A stretch of DNA of 63,820 nt, filler included, from a bacterium (GTDB taxonomy: Bacteria; JAJRZV01): assembly GCA_024275095.1 (NCBI GenBank). It is 4 parts of 4 records of this genome, joined end to end, with 100 filler letters (N's around TTAATTAATTAA, not from the genome) between each part and the next. Parts side by side here need not be neighbours in the genome. Positions count along the whole stretch, not along the records: positions 44,557 to 56,330 come from JAJRZV010000077.1; positions 56,431 to 63,820 come from JAJRZV010000084.1; 2 more parts are not named here. The stretch is one strand, 5' to 3'. How positions within the stretch are numbered: the first letter of the stretch is position 1; every line of letters starts with the position of its first letter. Positions 48,593-58,346 of the stretch are shown here, piece after piece. The notes beneath the pieces were generated by a model, which searched no databases, was not told the origin of the DNA, and was given only the letters and a program-made list of their open reading frames with translations. A program made the translations under genes and the position numbers.

Positions 48593-50390
48593 CGATATCC
48601 CTCAATTCAGGATCTTTTTCAAGGTACCGTTTTTGTATCGGCCTCTTCTGCAGATACTTCTCCAGGAGGCTTCGAGCCTCTTCCTGCCTTCCTGTTTTCA
48701 CAAAAAGGCGAGCGAGTTCAGGAACAGCCAGAGGATCGTAAGGATAGAGTTTCACAAACATTCGAAGGTCGTTTTCATAAGCCACAAAATCGTTCAACTG
48801 CCTTTCACACCGTGCCCTGATGTAGAGTGCGGGACCGTGATGAGGGTAAAGCTTCAGCACTTGTGACATTATCAACCGGGCTTTGTCCCATCCTTCATAC
48901 CGGTAAACTGCACTTCCCAAAGCGAATGTGGTACGGTAAGACAGCGGGTTAACCCGCCACGCCCGAAAAAGTCCCGGCAATTCACCGGCTCTCCTGAGGG
49001 CCCTGATCTTCAATGCCTCGTCCATCTCCAGTCTTGAAACAATAGCACGCCATCCTGCTGTCGCTGAAAATCCCAATCCAATTACTGCACAGGTATAAAA
49101 GACGAAAAGAACCCGGGATGGTTTAAGCACTACAGTTTTTCCTTCTTTAATTTGAGCCATCAGGGGTGCAGCAAAAATCAGCATTGCCGGGAAAAACCGG
49201 GGATTGCTTCCGCCCTGTCCAGCTATTGCAAGAAGCATCGCTCCAGCGAAAAACATTCCATCGGCCACGCGTTTCTCCTCAAGGGCCGCCCTTAATGCCA
49301 CCACAAAAGGGATCAAAAAAAGCAAAAGCCCGGGAAACCCTGTCTCACCTCCCAGAAGGGCTGTCAAAGAGAGTGGCCGCACTTCATGGTTGGCAATCCC
49401 GACCTGCCTGTTCAACCATCGGAGTTCATCACTCTGATAAAGGGTCAGGCGTGATGAAAAAAGCCCTCTGCCGCTTCCAAATACCGGATCGTGAAAAAGC
49501 ACAGCGTACTGCTGTTCCGTCAGCACTTTATCTCTAACAGAATGCACGAGTTTTTCAGCTGAAAGAGAATTCTCTCCTGGCAGCACCCTTTCAGAAAACC
49601 ACCAGCCTCCCACCATTCCTGCCACAAGCAGGACGCTCAACACCCCCCGCAGGCTTCTTTCTCCCGGGGGAGCAAATCCAAAAGAGACTATCAAAGCCGT
49701 ACCAGCTACAAGAAGCGGAAAGAGTGCTCTTGCGAACCCTGCCGCGAACCCCGTCATTAAAAGGACCACTGCAACAACACCACGATAGCCTGAGGAACCT
49801 CTTCCTATCTGTGATTGCAAAAACAAAACAAAAAGAACAAAAAGAAGGGCAACCTCCTTCCATGTACCATATGGAGCCATCACATCCTTCATATTTACAA
49901 CCTGCTCAAACCATACGCCCTCCATCTGTATATACACGGCCAGAGCGGTGATCACCAACGTGCCGAAAACAAAAGCGATCAGTGTTTTTTCGACAGGAAA
50001 GACTCTATCTTTCAAGCACATAACCCCTACAACGACGAGCACCACAAGTACATCCACACTACTGTACACAAATGCCATGCCGGGACTTTCAGCAAACAGC
50101 GCGCTCAAGAGAGCCCACAGAGCAAAGCCCAGCAGGTAAAGTCCTGGATTCGAAACATTGACCTCGCAGCGTTTCAGCAGTGACAGGCTTACAAGAAAAA
50201 GCAAGAGTGAAAATCCTGCCGCTATAGCCACAGGGGAAACATCAGGATTTAATTTGAATACAGCATCATGCAATTTGGTTATTTTGACGAGTTCGGGGTA
50301 AAAGGCATTGAAAGCCACCAGCAGTGCAACGCAAGCAACAAAACCCTTAATCGCACCCTCTGCCACACCCAGTATTTTTTCTTTCACCAC
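48576..50390 (-). CDS. O-antigen ligase/O-OTase-like polytopic membrane protein with C-terminal TPRs
   Basis: About 12 TMs, P.FG.G.G.F and ETG..G motifs, and a TPR-like tail. Confidence 0.65.
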   Translation of the reverse strand: MVKEKILGVAEGAIKGFVACVALLVAFNAFYPELVKITKLHDAVFKLNPDVSPVAIAAGFSLLLFLVSLSLLKRCEVNVSNPGLYLLGFALWALLSALFAESPGMAFVYSSVDVLVVLVVVGVMCLKDRVFPVEKTLIAFVFGTLVITALAVYIQMEGVWFEQVVNMKDVMAPYGTWKEVALLFVLFVLFLQSQIGRGSSGYRGVVAVVLLMTGFAAGFARALFPLLVAGTALIVSFGFAPPGERSLRGVLSVLLVAGMVGGWWFSERVLPGENSLSAEKLVHSVRDKVLTEQQYAVLFHDPVFGSGRGLFSSRLTLYQSDELRWLNRQVGIANHEVRPLSLTALLGGETGFPGLLLFLIPFVVALRAALEEKRVADGMFFAGAMLLAIAGQGGSNPRFFPAMLIFAAPLMAQIKEGKTVVLKPSRVLFVFYTCAVIGLGFSATAGWRAIVSRLEMDEALKIRALRRAGELPGLFRAWRVNPLSYRTTFALGSAVYRYEGWDKARLIMSQVLKLYPHHGPALYIRARCERQLNDFVAYENDLRMFVKLYPYDPLAVPELARLFVKTGRQEEARSLLEKYLQKRPIQKRYLEKDPELRDIVDSIY

Positions 50391-51550
50391 GTCCTCCTCT
50401 CATCTGCTGTTCTGATAAGTTCGGAGAATAACCCTTCATACTCATCAACAACCGCTTCCCAGGAGTAGAATTTTTCGGCTCGCTCCCGAGCGGCCCTTTT
50501 CAACTTCTCTCTTAACCCTTCATCGACAATTACCTTCCTGAGGCAATCCCCAAGGGACCCGGGGGCCTCTTTCAAGCGAAAAATCAACCCGGCATCTCCC
50601 AGCACTTCCTTATTGGCCGGGGTATCGCTGGCAATCACACAATTCCCGAAACCCATTTGCTCCACCAGCACAGGATGGGTACCTCCCACTCCCGAAGCAA
50701 GCACAAACACTGTTGCATAATGACTCAGCTGTCTGTAAGCACGACCAAACTGATAACCTGTGAAAACAATACGAGGGTCCTCTCCTGCAATTTCTCTGAG
50801 ATGCCTCTTGTAATCTTCTGCATAAGGGGCGTCTCCCACAATAACAAGCTTGATGTCCTGGGCTTCTTTCCCAAGCAGCCGAAAAGCCTGAATCAATATA
50901 TGCGCGTTATTTTCTGGCACCATCCTTCCCACGAACAGAACGTATTTATCAGGTTCGAGCCCAAACTTCTCCAGTACATCAGTCCCTGTGTCGGTGGTAA
51001 AATCTGTACCGTAAGGGATGAAAACCGTTTCAAAGTTGTAATACCGCCGGTAATACTCCTGCACAGCCCTGGCATCAGCAATCACAACATCAGGAGTAAT
51101 GGTGGCAATACGCTCTGATGTGCGAAGGAACCATCGCGCGAATGTTCCCCACTTTTCCCTCTGCCAGTCGGCTCCGTCAACATTAAGGACCACCTTCATT
51201 CCCCTGATACGTGGAATCCACGCAAGTATGCTGTTACCCACTCCACAGATGTACACAATATCATGTTTGTGAAAAAGAAGGTGAATTACGGAAAGAAATG
51301 TGTGCACAATCGTGTCTGTCGCTTTTGCAGGTATTGTCGGAAGTTTTACAAGTTTCATGCCCTTGTAGGTATCCGCTTTGTATTTCACATGGGTACTGCG
51401 GTTGTATACGGTAACAGTCCAGCCTCTTTGCGCCAAACGCGAACCCGCTTCTTCCACGAACGTCTCGAAACCACTGTAAGAAGCAGGCACCCCTCTCGTG
51501 CCGATAAACGCGATGCTGGCCTTCTTATCACTCACTGAACCGGTAGGCAT
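50384..51550 (-). CDS. GT4 glycosyltransferase (DUF1972-type, rhamnosyltransferase-like); start may be GTG 51535
   Basis: IGTRGVPA.YSGFETF, NVDG.DW.R.KW, GR.VPENN and GGTHP.LVE.M. Confidence 0.88.
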   Translation of the reverse strand: MPTGSVSDKKASIAFIGTRGVPASYSGFETFVEEAGSRLAQRGWTVTVYNRSTHVKYKADTYKGMKLVKLPTIPAKATDTIVHTFLSVIHLLFHKHDIVYICGVGNSILAWIPRIRGMKVVLNVDGADWQREKWGTFARWFLRTSERIATITPDVVIADARAVQEYYRRYYNFETVFIPYGTDFTTDTGTDVLEKFGLEPDKYVLFVGRMVPENNAHILIQAFRLLGKEAQDIKLVIVGDAPYAEDYKRHLREIAGEDPRIVFTGYQFGRAYRQLSHYATVFVLASGVGGTHPVLVEQMGFGNCVIASDTPANKEVLGDAGLIFRLKEAPGSLGDCLRKVIVDEGLREKLKRAARERAEKFYSWEAVVDEYEGLFSELIRTADERRTW

Positions 51551-52973
51551 CTATTTCCGAACCAGATTTCTCCATCACGATTACATCTGTGTCGAATTCT
51601 TTACCAAGTTCGAGAAGTTCCTTTCCATGGTGTGAAAGAAGATAATCTTTAACTTCAGGATGAACAGTAATTTTTATTTTCTCGCGTTTCTTAGATTTCA
51701 AGGTCCACAAGAGTTCCGCAAGTATTCGCGAAGCCACATACCTCGGAGATATCACACTGCCGGTGCCATGACATTGCGGGCACTCGAATGTCATTTCATG
51801 TTTAAGCGAGCGCTCCGTCTTTCTGCGAGTCATTTCAACAATGCCAAGTTCTGAAAATTTCCTGAAAGTTATTTTTGCCGTATCCTTGAGAGACTCCTCT
51901 TTGATGATATTGAGAATCTTGCGCTGGTGAGCCTCCTTCTTCATATTGAGGAAATCAATAATAATCAGCCCGGAGATATTTCTAAGCCTCAATACCCGCA
52001 TTATCTCTTTTGCAGCTTCTGTATTGATACGAAAAGCCGTGGATTCGAAATCCGCATCACCCGTATGGCTTCCTGTATTCACATCAATTCCCGTGAACGC
52101 CTCCATTTCCTCGATAATGAGAAAACCTCCAGACGGCAACTTAATACGCCTGTGCAACACCTGATGAAGTTCGTCTTCCACTCTCTCGTGTTGAAAAAGC
52201 GGCTTGTCGCCTGAGTAAAGTTCCACGCTTACTTCGGCAGATGGCCAGAAGTGAAGCTCACGAGCCAGCACATCAAGGGCTTCTTGAGAATCCACCACAA
52301 TCCGCTTGGTGGAGGGTTTCACGTATTCCCTGATGACGCGCTCCACCAGGCGCCTCTCCCTTCTCAGCAACGCAGGTGCATTTGTGTTGACCGCTTTATG
52401 AAGGAGTTCGTCCCATTCGTGTGAGATGCTTTCTGCCTCATGTCGGATCTCATCTTCCGTGGCAAAGGCCGCGGATGTGCGAATAATGAAAGCTCCTGGA
52501 AGTTCCTCCATGAGTGAACTCACCAGTGCAACAAGCTGTTCTCTCACGGACTTATCGGTAATTTTTGAGGAAATGCGGACATCATTTTCATAGGGGAGGT
52601 AAACGAGATACCTTCCCGGAATGGAAATCTTCATTGAGAGTTTCGGTCCCTTGTCATTCTCACCTTCTCTTATTACTTGCACGATAATTTCCTGGCCTTC
52701 CTGGAGAACGTTCTTTATGCGCCTTTCACCGGACTCCCGCACTACATCGTCAATATACAGGTAACCTGGACGCTCTGCTCCGATATTGACAAATGCCGCC
52801 TGAAGCCCGGGCAGTACATTGAGCACCTTTCCCTTGAAAATGTCTCCAAACCTGGGGCCTTTCACCATCCGTTCAAACTCGTAATCCACGAGACGGTCCC
52901 CCTCTTTGACAGCCACACGCGTCCACCAGGGTGTATGATTGACGAGAATTTTCTCTTCTGGTGTTGCTGACAT
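51528..52973 (-). CDS. rng: Ribonuclease G (Rne/Rng family)
   Basis: S1 domain (PGLQAAFV.IG), IIRT, IDVNTG, LRLRN..G.IIIDF, EMTR and CP.C.GTG. Confidence 0.93.
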   Translation of the reverse strand: MSATPEEKILVNHTPWWTRVAVKEGDRLVDYEFERMVKGPRFGDIFKGKVLNVLPGLQAAFVNIGAERPGYLYIDDVVRESGERRIKNVLQEGQEIIVQVIREGENDKGPKLSMKISIPGRYLVYLPYENDVRISSKITDKSVREQLVALVSSLMEELPGAFIIRTSAAFATEDEIRHEAESISHEWDELLHKAVNTNAPALLRRERRLVERVIREYVKPSTKRIVVDSQEALDVLARELHFWPSAEVSVELYSGDKPLFQHERVEDELHQVLHRRIKLPSGGFLIIEEMEAFTGIDVNTGSHTGDADFESTAFRINTEAAKEIMRVLRLRNISGLIIIDFLNMKKEAHQRKILNIIKEESLKDTAKITFRKFSELGIVEMTRRKTERSLKHEMTFECPQCHGTGSVISPRYVASRILAELLWTLKSKKREKIKITVHPEVKDYLLSHHGKELLELGKEFDTDVIVMEKSGSEIDAYRFSE

Positions 52974-53089
52974 TTCCTCTACCCTATGAAAAATTTATTC
53001 TTTTCTCTTTCCTGCACAAACCATCAGCACCTTTACATTCCTTCACAAGAAACCGGTATCACATCTTTTTCAAGCACACATTCTGTATT

Positions 53090-55525
53090 TCATTTACTAT
53101 CTTTTATTCTATCCTGATGCGACTCCATCTCATGAGCTGTTTTTACCACGCGTACCCTTTTCAGTATATCAGCTTTGACACCGTTAATTTCAAGTACTTT
53201 AAAAATATTAATATTTTTGTTCTCATCTGCTTCCACCTGTATCACAAGCTGATGTTCCTTTTTGTTCACCCTTTTCAACCGCATGCGTACGCCGTTTTTG
53301 ATGCGCTCCAAGGCACTCGCTCCTGCCTTAAAATCCTCCTCATTCTCCCAGTACAGAAGATATTCCGCTCCTGAAGTATTCTCAAAAATTGATGGCTCAT
53401 CTTTCCTGAGTTCTCTGGCCTCCTCCACCTGCAAGCCGGTACCATTCAAAACGCTATTTAAAACACCGCTGAGTTCTTCGCACCGAACACTCCCCAAAAT
53501 CACTGCATCCATGTACTCCTCACACGACTCCACGCCCACAGGTAGAGCCACACCAGCAGAAACCACCGGGCGAGGGTTGTGAGCACCACGGTATTTCAGG
53601 CGTACACCCGCGCGTCTGAATGCCCTCACAAAGGCATTCAACATTTCAGGCGCACTCATCAATGCAGCAGGCATAAAGCGCGAATAGCGTATTCTAACCC
53701 TTGTTTCTGAAGTGCTTTCAGGCACATAAACTCCTTTTTCTCGAAGCACACCTTCTGGTCTTGCACGACGAACACGTACCGCTCCGCCGCATATCCCACA
53801 GGCATGACATTCCGCTGCAGAACAATCCAGTCCCCCCTGCTCATCCAGCGCACGTTTGTAGTCCTTCTTCAGGAAGTCAACATTCACACCCGTATCAACA
53901 AAACTCCACGGCAACTCATCACTAACTTTACCCCCGGGATAGGAACATTCTCCGTATTTCTTGAGCACATCAATCCACATTTCTCGATGGAGAAACTCCG
54001 TCCATGTCTCCAGGTAGGCACCCCTGTCCACTGCTTCACGCACTGCCTTTGCAGCATCCCAACCGGCCCTGGCCAGAAAATTTTCTATCCGTGAAGATAG
54101 CAAATCATGCCATTTTACACGTACAGGCGAATTTTTGAACTCCTTTTTCAGGACCCCCAGGTGCTTACGCATCTCCTCGAAATCTGCCCGGTGCCACTGG
54201 AACGGTGTGTGCGGTTTCGGAACAAAAAAACTCACCGACGTATCAATTTGAACCTTTCTCCGGACTCTCCGCGCCTCTCTGTAAATTCTTCGAACAAGTC
54301 GGGCAATGGCAACCACATCTTCCTCATCCTCGCGAGGCAGACCCACCATGAAATAGAGCTTTACATGTTGCCAGCCGTGACGGAAGGCCATTACCGCCTG
54401 TTCAACAACTTCATCGTCAGTGTACCATTTGTTAATCACTTTTCTGATCCTTTCGGTCCCTCCCTCTGGTGCGATGGTCATTCCACGTTTACCCAGATCC
54501 GCGATCATTCGCACCACATCCTCACTCAAAGTACTGATACGGATGGAAGGCAGTGTGAGTGAAACGGTGTGTTCCTGGCAAAAGGGATAAAGTCGCCTGA
54601 TTACATCCTCCAGAGCGCTGTAATCTCCGGTACTCAACGATAGCAGTGAAATTTCCTGAAATCCTGTGTTTTTGTAAATTTCCTTCGCCAGGGCTTCAAC
54701 TGTTCCAGGTTCTCTTTCTCTCAGGGGTCGGTATATAAACGTGGCAAGACAAAACCGACATCCTCTCGGACAGCCCCGTGCCACCTCAACCATCACACGT
54801 TCGTGCAGTACAGACGTGAGGGGAACCATCTGGGTTTTGGGGTGAAAATTCTTCTCCAGATCCGCCACAACGCGCCTTTTCACCTTAACTGACAATGATG
54901 TCAATCCTTTCCCACGACCATGAACGGCTGGTACGTACATGCCTTCAATACCGGCCAGTGCCTCCAGCAACTCGCGCCTGCTTCCTCCGTACCGTTTCTG
55001 CTGGAGCATGATCTCGTTGATCTCCGCAACTGCCTCTTCGGCCTCTCCTGCAAAAACAGCGTCAAAAAAGACATGGAGAGGTGCGGGGTTGGAGGTCACC
55101 GGTCCACCAGCAATAAAAAGTGGTGTGTTCTCGTTCCCCTTACACTGGGATCTCATCATGTCCATAAGTTTCACTGCCGTGGGAATGTGCAGTTCTGTGG
55201 AAAGGGAGAAACCTATCACGTCAAAAGCCGAGGGCGTCTCCTGCCGTTCCAGACTCACAAGTTTCTCCTCGCCAGAAAGTATGAGTTCCAGATAATCTCT
55301 CCAGGGTGCAAACAGCCTGTCACATACAGCGTCGGGAAGAGTATTTATAAGGTGGTAAAGGAGAGAAAATCCAAAGCTTGACATTCCAACCTCATAAACG
55401 TCGGGAAACACCAGCAGCCACCTGACCCCTTTCCGCCATTTCTTTTCACTGAGAGCAGGGCGACCGATCTCACTGTCCAGGTAACGCAGAGGTTTCCTGA
55501 TGCTTCTCCACTTCCAGGCCTGCAT
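53090..55525 (-). CDS. TIGR03960-type radical SAM protein fused to DUF2344/TIGR03936 domain
   Basis: FPD.YEVGMS, RGCPRGCRFC, APE.G.ER.R..INK, FVPKPHTPFQW and RAFRRAG...G.HN.RP....ALPVG.ES..EY.D. Confidence 0.92.
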   Translation of the reverse strand: MQAWKWRSIRKPLRYLDSEIGRPALSEKKWRKGVRWLLVFPDVYEVGMSSFGFSLLYHLINTLPDAVCDRLFAPWRDYLELILSGEEKLVSLERQETPSAFDVIGFSLSTELHIPTAVKLMDMMRSQCKGNENTPLFIAGGPVTSNPAPLHVFFDAVFAGEAEEAVAEINEIMLQQKRYGGSRRELLEALAGIEGMYVPAVHGRGKGLTSLSVKVKRRVVADLEKNFHPKTQMVPLTSVLHERVMVEVARGCPRGCRFCLATFIYRPLREREPGTVEALAKEIYKNTGFQEISLLSLSTGDYSALEDVIRRLYPFCQEHTVSLTLPSIRISTLSEDVVRMIADLGKRGMTIAPEGGTERIRKVINKWYTDDEVVEQAVMAFRHGWQHVKLYFMVGLPREDEEDVVAIARLVRRIYREARRVRRKVQIDTSVSFFVPKPHTPFQWHRADFEEMRKHLGVLKKEFKNSPVRVKWHDLLSSRIENFLARAGWDAAKAVREAVDRGAYLETWTEFLHREMWIDVLKKYGECSYPGGKVSDELPWSFVDTGVNVDFLKKDYKRALDEQGGLDCSAAECHACGICGGAVRVRRARPEGVLREKGVYVPESTSETRVRIRYSRFMPAALMSAPEMLNAFVRAFRRAGVRLKYRGAHNPRPVVSAGVALPVGVESCEEYMDAVILGSVRCEELSGVLNSVLNGTGLQVEEARELRKDEPSIFENTSGAEYLLYWENEEDFKAGASALERIKNGVRMRLKRVNKKEHQLVIQVEADENKNINIFKVLEINGVKADILKRVRVVKTAHEMESHQDRIKDSK

Positions 55526-55572
55526 GACTCAATCATGCCTCATAATAAAGTTCTTCGGCGAGGATATTGAAT

Positions 55573-56124
55573 TTATAGTAAACCGGCTGATTTCATTATC
55601 TCTTTAAGACGGGGATCAATTTGTGCATATTCTTTTAAAATCTTCTCGATTCTCTCTTCTCTCTCCTCAAGCTCTCTGTTTTTCCTGACCGCAGGAGCAA
55701 GTGCCGTACGCCTGTCCCACAGCACAAATCCAATGAGAGCAAAAATACCTGCAAATGTAATTCCAAAACCCCAGAGCATGAAATTCTTGAGCTCAGCCAC
55801 GTCCTGTTTCAGGTCGTTAATCTGTTGCTGGGTATAGGATTTCAGGTCATGTATCTGCTGCTGGGTGGAGGACTTCAGATCGGTGATCTGCTGTTGTGTA
55901 GAGGATTTCAGGTCCTTAATCTGCTGCTGGGTAGAGGACTTCAGATCGTTGATCTGCTGCTGGGTGGAAGACTTCAGATCGTTGATCTGCTGCTGCAGAA
56001 ACTTCTGGCCTTCTTCCAGTCTGATAATCCTTTCCCGGTCCTCAAGTGTAAAAGAAACTGCTTTTCCGTATGCTGTCAAAGACACTATTACCACATATCC
56101 TGCCATCATTATTTGAACTTTCAT
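55573..56124 (-). CDS. Exported coiled-coil protein with 11-residue repeats and C-terminal TM anchor
   Basis: Signal-like N-terminus, (QQQINDLKSST)n, a TM and WDRR. Confidence 0.8.
   Translation of the reverse strand: MKVQIMMAGYVVIVSLTAYGKAVSFTLEDRERIIRLEEGQKFLQQQINDLKSSTQQQINDLKSSTQQQIKDLKSSTQQQITDLKSSTQQQIHDLKSYTQQQINDLKQDVAELKNFMLWGFGITFAGIFALIGFVLWDRRTALAPAVRKNRELEEREERIEKILKEYAQIDPRLKEIMKSAGLL
55808..55995. repeat. 33-bp tandem repeat, about 5.7 copies
   Basis: Units start at 55808, 55841, 55874, 55907, 55940 and 55973. Consensus is close to TTCAGRTCGTTRATCTGCTGCTGGGTRGAGGAY. Confidence 0.95.
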
Positions 56125-56130
56125 ATTCCC

Positions 56131-56160
56131 ATTCTACTGAATACGGACTTATCTGGTCAA
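56131..56160 (-). promoter_or_regulatory. Promoter predicted to give leaderless mRNA for the repeat gene
   Basis: TTGACC-18-TAGAAT, then 6 nt to ATG 56124. Confidence 0.5.
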
Positions 56161-56330
56161 ACACCCTCTTCCGAATACGAAATACTGGCCAGGATTTTAT
56201 GCACTGCGTTTTTTAACGCATTTTCATGGCCCCCAAAAAAGTGGTCTGCTCCTTCAATCACTTCCAGGACTTTTCTTTTATGTACCTTTCCCATTATTTC
56301 CTTCAGGATTTCTTCTGAGCAAAAAACATC
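56157..56330 (-). CDS. Alpha/beta hydrolase, 3' fragment (not in the ORF track)
   Basis: Translates DVFC...LEVIEGADHFFGGHE...EEGV*, with the catalytic-His motif GADHFF. Confidence 0.75.
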   Translation of the reverse strand, partial: DVFCSEEILKEIMGKVHKRKVLEVIEGADHFFGGHENALKNAVHKILASISYSEEGV

Positions 56331-56430
56331 NNNNNNNNNNNNNNNNNNNNNNNNNNNNNNNNNNNNNNNNNNNNTTAATTAATTAANNNNNNNNNNNNNN
56401 NNNNNNNNNNNNNNNNNNNNNNNNNNNNNN
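56331..56430. other. Artificial contig linker
   Basis: N44-TTAATTAATTAA-N44. Confidence 0.98.
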
Positions 56431-56613
56431 TCTTTCTCGCCGTTGCCCGGTATGGTTGTCGGTTTAACCCTCAATATTTTTCTATTTCTATTTTCGTCCT
56501 GGATGATCCTGAACTTCCACCTGACCCCTCACTTAAAAAACTTTTCGGCTTGAGTGGACCAATACATTGCACACCAGTATTCAGGGGCAGAACGGGTGAA
56601 CAACTTACATATT

Positions 56614-56643
56614 TATGAAAAAAATAAGTATGAAAAAAATAAG
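56614..56643. repeat. Perfect 15-bp tandem duplication TATGAAAAAAATAAG x2
   Basis: Read directly from the sequence. Confidence 0.85.
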
Positions 56644-56871
56644 AATGGTGCTACTGCACACTGTCTTTGAAGAAGCGTAGAAAAAAATCGGTGGTAGCAT
56701 CCTGCAAATTTTCGTTTTCTCCTGCAGACAAAAGGATTATAAGATACAAAGTGTAGTGTGAAAAATTATCATACTCACCAGTATGGTCTAAATCTTCGGT
56801 ATTTTCCAGTGCAAGCCTTTTTTCTTCCTGCCAGAGCTCTGATCGCCAGCCCATGATCGTCCCCTTGTGGT

Positions 56872-56900
56872 TTGTAAGTTTTTCTAAAATTTGCTAAAAT
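56872..56900 (+). promoter_or_regulatory. Promoter (extended -10) predicted to give leaderless mRNA
   Basis: TTGTAA-17-TAAAAT with TG, then 6 nt to ATG 56907. Confidence 0.55.
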
Positions 56901-56906
56901 AACGTC

Positions 56907-57137
56907 ATGCACCTTCGTGAAAAAGTAGAACAAGCACTTGAAAAAATCAGGCCTTACCTCCTCAAAGACGGGGGCGATGTGGAACTGGTGGAGGTGGATG
57001 GGGGAGTGGTCCGGGTAAGACTCAAGGGCCAGTGTGCTGGTTGTCCATCGTCCACTTTCACGTTGAAAATGGGAATTGAAGATCTCCTCAAATATGAAAT
57101 TCCTGAAATTGAGCGGGTCGAGGCAGTGTCAGACTAA
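56907..57137 (+). CDS. NifU C-terminal/Nfu-type Fe-S carrier
   Basis: IRP.L..DGGDVEL and L.G.CAGCPSS..TLK.GIE. Confidence 0.93.
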   Translation: MHLREKVEQALEKIRPYLLKDGGDVELVEVDGGVVRVRLKGQCAGCPSSTFTLKMGIEDLLKYEIPEIERVEAVSD

Positions 57138-57155
57138 GGAGTAGGGAGGTTTCCC

Positions 57156-57647
57156 ATGTTCAAAGTTGGAGACCTTGCCGTATATCCCGCTTATGGCGTG
57201 GGTCGTATCGTGTCCATAGAAGAAAAAGTCATCTCAGGTGAGAAGAGAACCTTTTACGTTGTAGAAATTTTAAAAAAGGGCATGAAAGTCATGGTACCAA
57301 AGAATAACGCGGACCAGAAAGGTCTCCGCGACATCGTGTCACGTAAGAAAGCCAACGAAGTATTCGGGGTCCTCAAAGAACGGAATGTAAAAATTAATAA
57401 CCAGAACTGGACAAAGCGGTTCAAAGAATATCAGGACAAAATTAAAACCGGCCAGATTTACGAAATTGCGGAAGTGCTCAGAGATATCCACATTCTCGGG
57501 ATGAAGAAAGACCTCTCTTACGGAGAAAAGAAAATTCTTGAGACGGCACGCGAATTGCTGGTACAGGAACTAGCCATTGCCCTTTCCAAATCGGAGGAAG
57601 ACATAAGAAAAAAAATACAAAAATGCCTCTCAGATCATAATAGTTAA
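57156..57647 (+). CDS. carD: CarD/CdnL-family RNA polymerase-binding regulator
   Basis: FKVGD.AVYP..GVG, W..R and LS.GE. Confidence 0.92.
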   Translation: MFKVGDLAVYPAYGVGRIVSIEEKVISGEKRTFYVVEILKKGMKVMVPKNNADQKGLRDIVSRKKANEVFGVLKERNVKINNQNWTKRFKEYQDKIKTGQIYEIAEVLRDIHILGMKKDLSYGEKKILETARELLVQELAIALSKSEEDIRKKIQKCLSDHNS

Positions 57648-57665
57648 AGCTTTTTCGGTGTATCG

Positions 57666-58346
57666 GTGACAGGTTCTCTGATAGTTGCTGCAGCGGGAGC
57701 TGGTAAACGTGTACAACACCAGCGACCTAAACAGCTAATTCAGCTCAAAGGACGAACTATTCTGGAACACACACTTAAAAAATTTGCTTCCATAAGCTGG
57801 ATAAAATACATCTGTGTTGGCGTCTCTCCAGAGGTTAATGAGTATCTCCAGAAATCACCCGTTCAAACATCTATCGGCGCCCACCAGAAATTTCAGACGG
57901 TTAGAGGCGGCATTACCCGCACTGGCACAATAAAAAAATGTCTTATAGAAATGCTAAAAAAGGACTGGGATATAGTACTCATTCACGATGCAGCACGTCC
58001 TCTGGTAAAACCTGAAGACGTGGAAGCCATAGCGCATGCAGCCCTTGAAAAGGGTATTTGTGTGCCCGGCGCACCTGTAAGAGATACATTGAGAAAAGTG
58101 TCCCGGGATGGAATATCACTGGGCACACTGGACCGCTCTCAGGTATGGAGTATATTCACACCACAAATTTTCAGAAGGGATATCATTGAAAACCTGCTCG
58201 ACCACTGGCCTGACGAAAGCGAGAGCACAGATGATGCTTCCATTGCAGAAAAAGCTGGACTACAGGTACATGTGCTCCGCAGTTCCTCCTGGAACATAAA
58301 ATTTACTTTTCCTGAAGACCTAACTTATATGGAGAAATTACTTTGA
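57666..58346 (+). CDS. ispD: MEP cytidylyltransferase
   Basis: AAG.G.R, PKQ, HDAARP, TPQ.F, TDD and N.K.T.PED. Confidence 0.9.
   Translation: MTGSLIVAAAGAGKRVQHQRPKQLIQLKGRTILEHTLKKFASISWIKYICVGVSPEVNEYLQKSPVQTSIGAHQKFQTVRGGITRTGTIKKCLIEMLKKDWDIVLIHDAARPLVKPEDVEAIAHAALEKGICVPGAPVRDTLRKVSRDGISLGTLDRSQVWSIFTPQIFRRDIIENLLDHWPDESESTDDASIAEKAGLQVHVLRSSSWNIKFTFPEDLTYMEKLL

Noticed and set aside
55808-55995. 33-bp repeats as a possible CRISPR array
   Set aside because: The units are contiguous with no unique spacers, stay in frame within a protein, and no cas genes are present.
55825-56382. Plus-strand repetitive ORFs (185 aa and 83 aa) over the repeat gene
   Set aside because: They are antisense shadows of the tandem repeat and of the hydrolase fragment.
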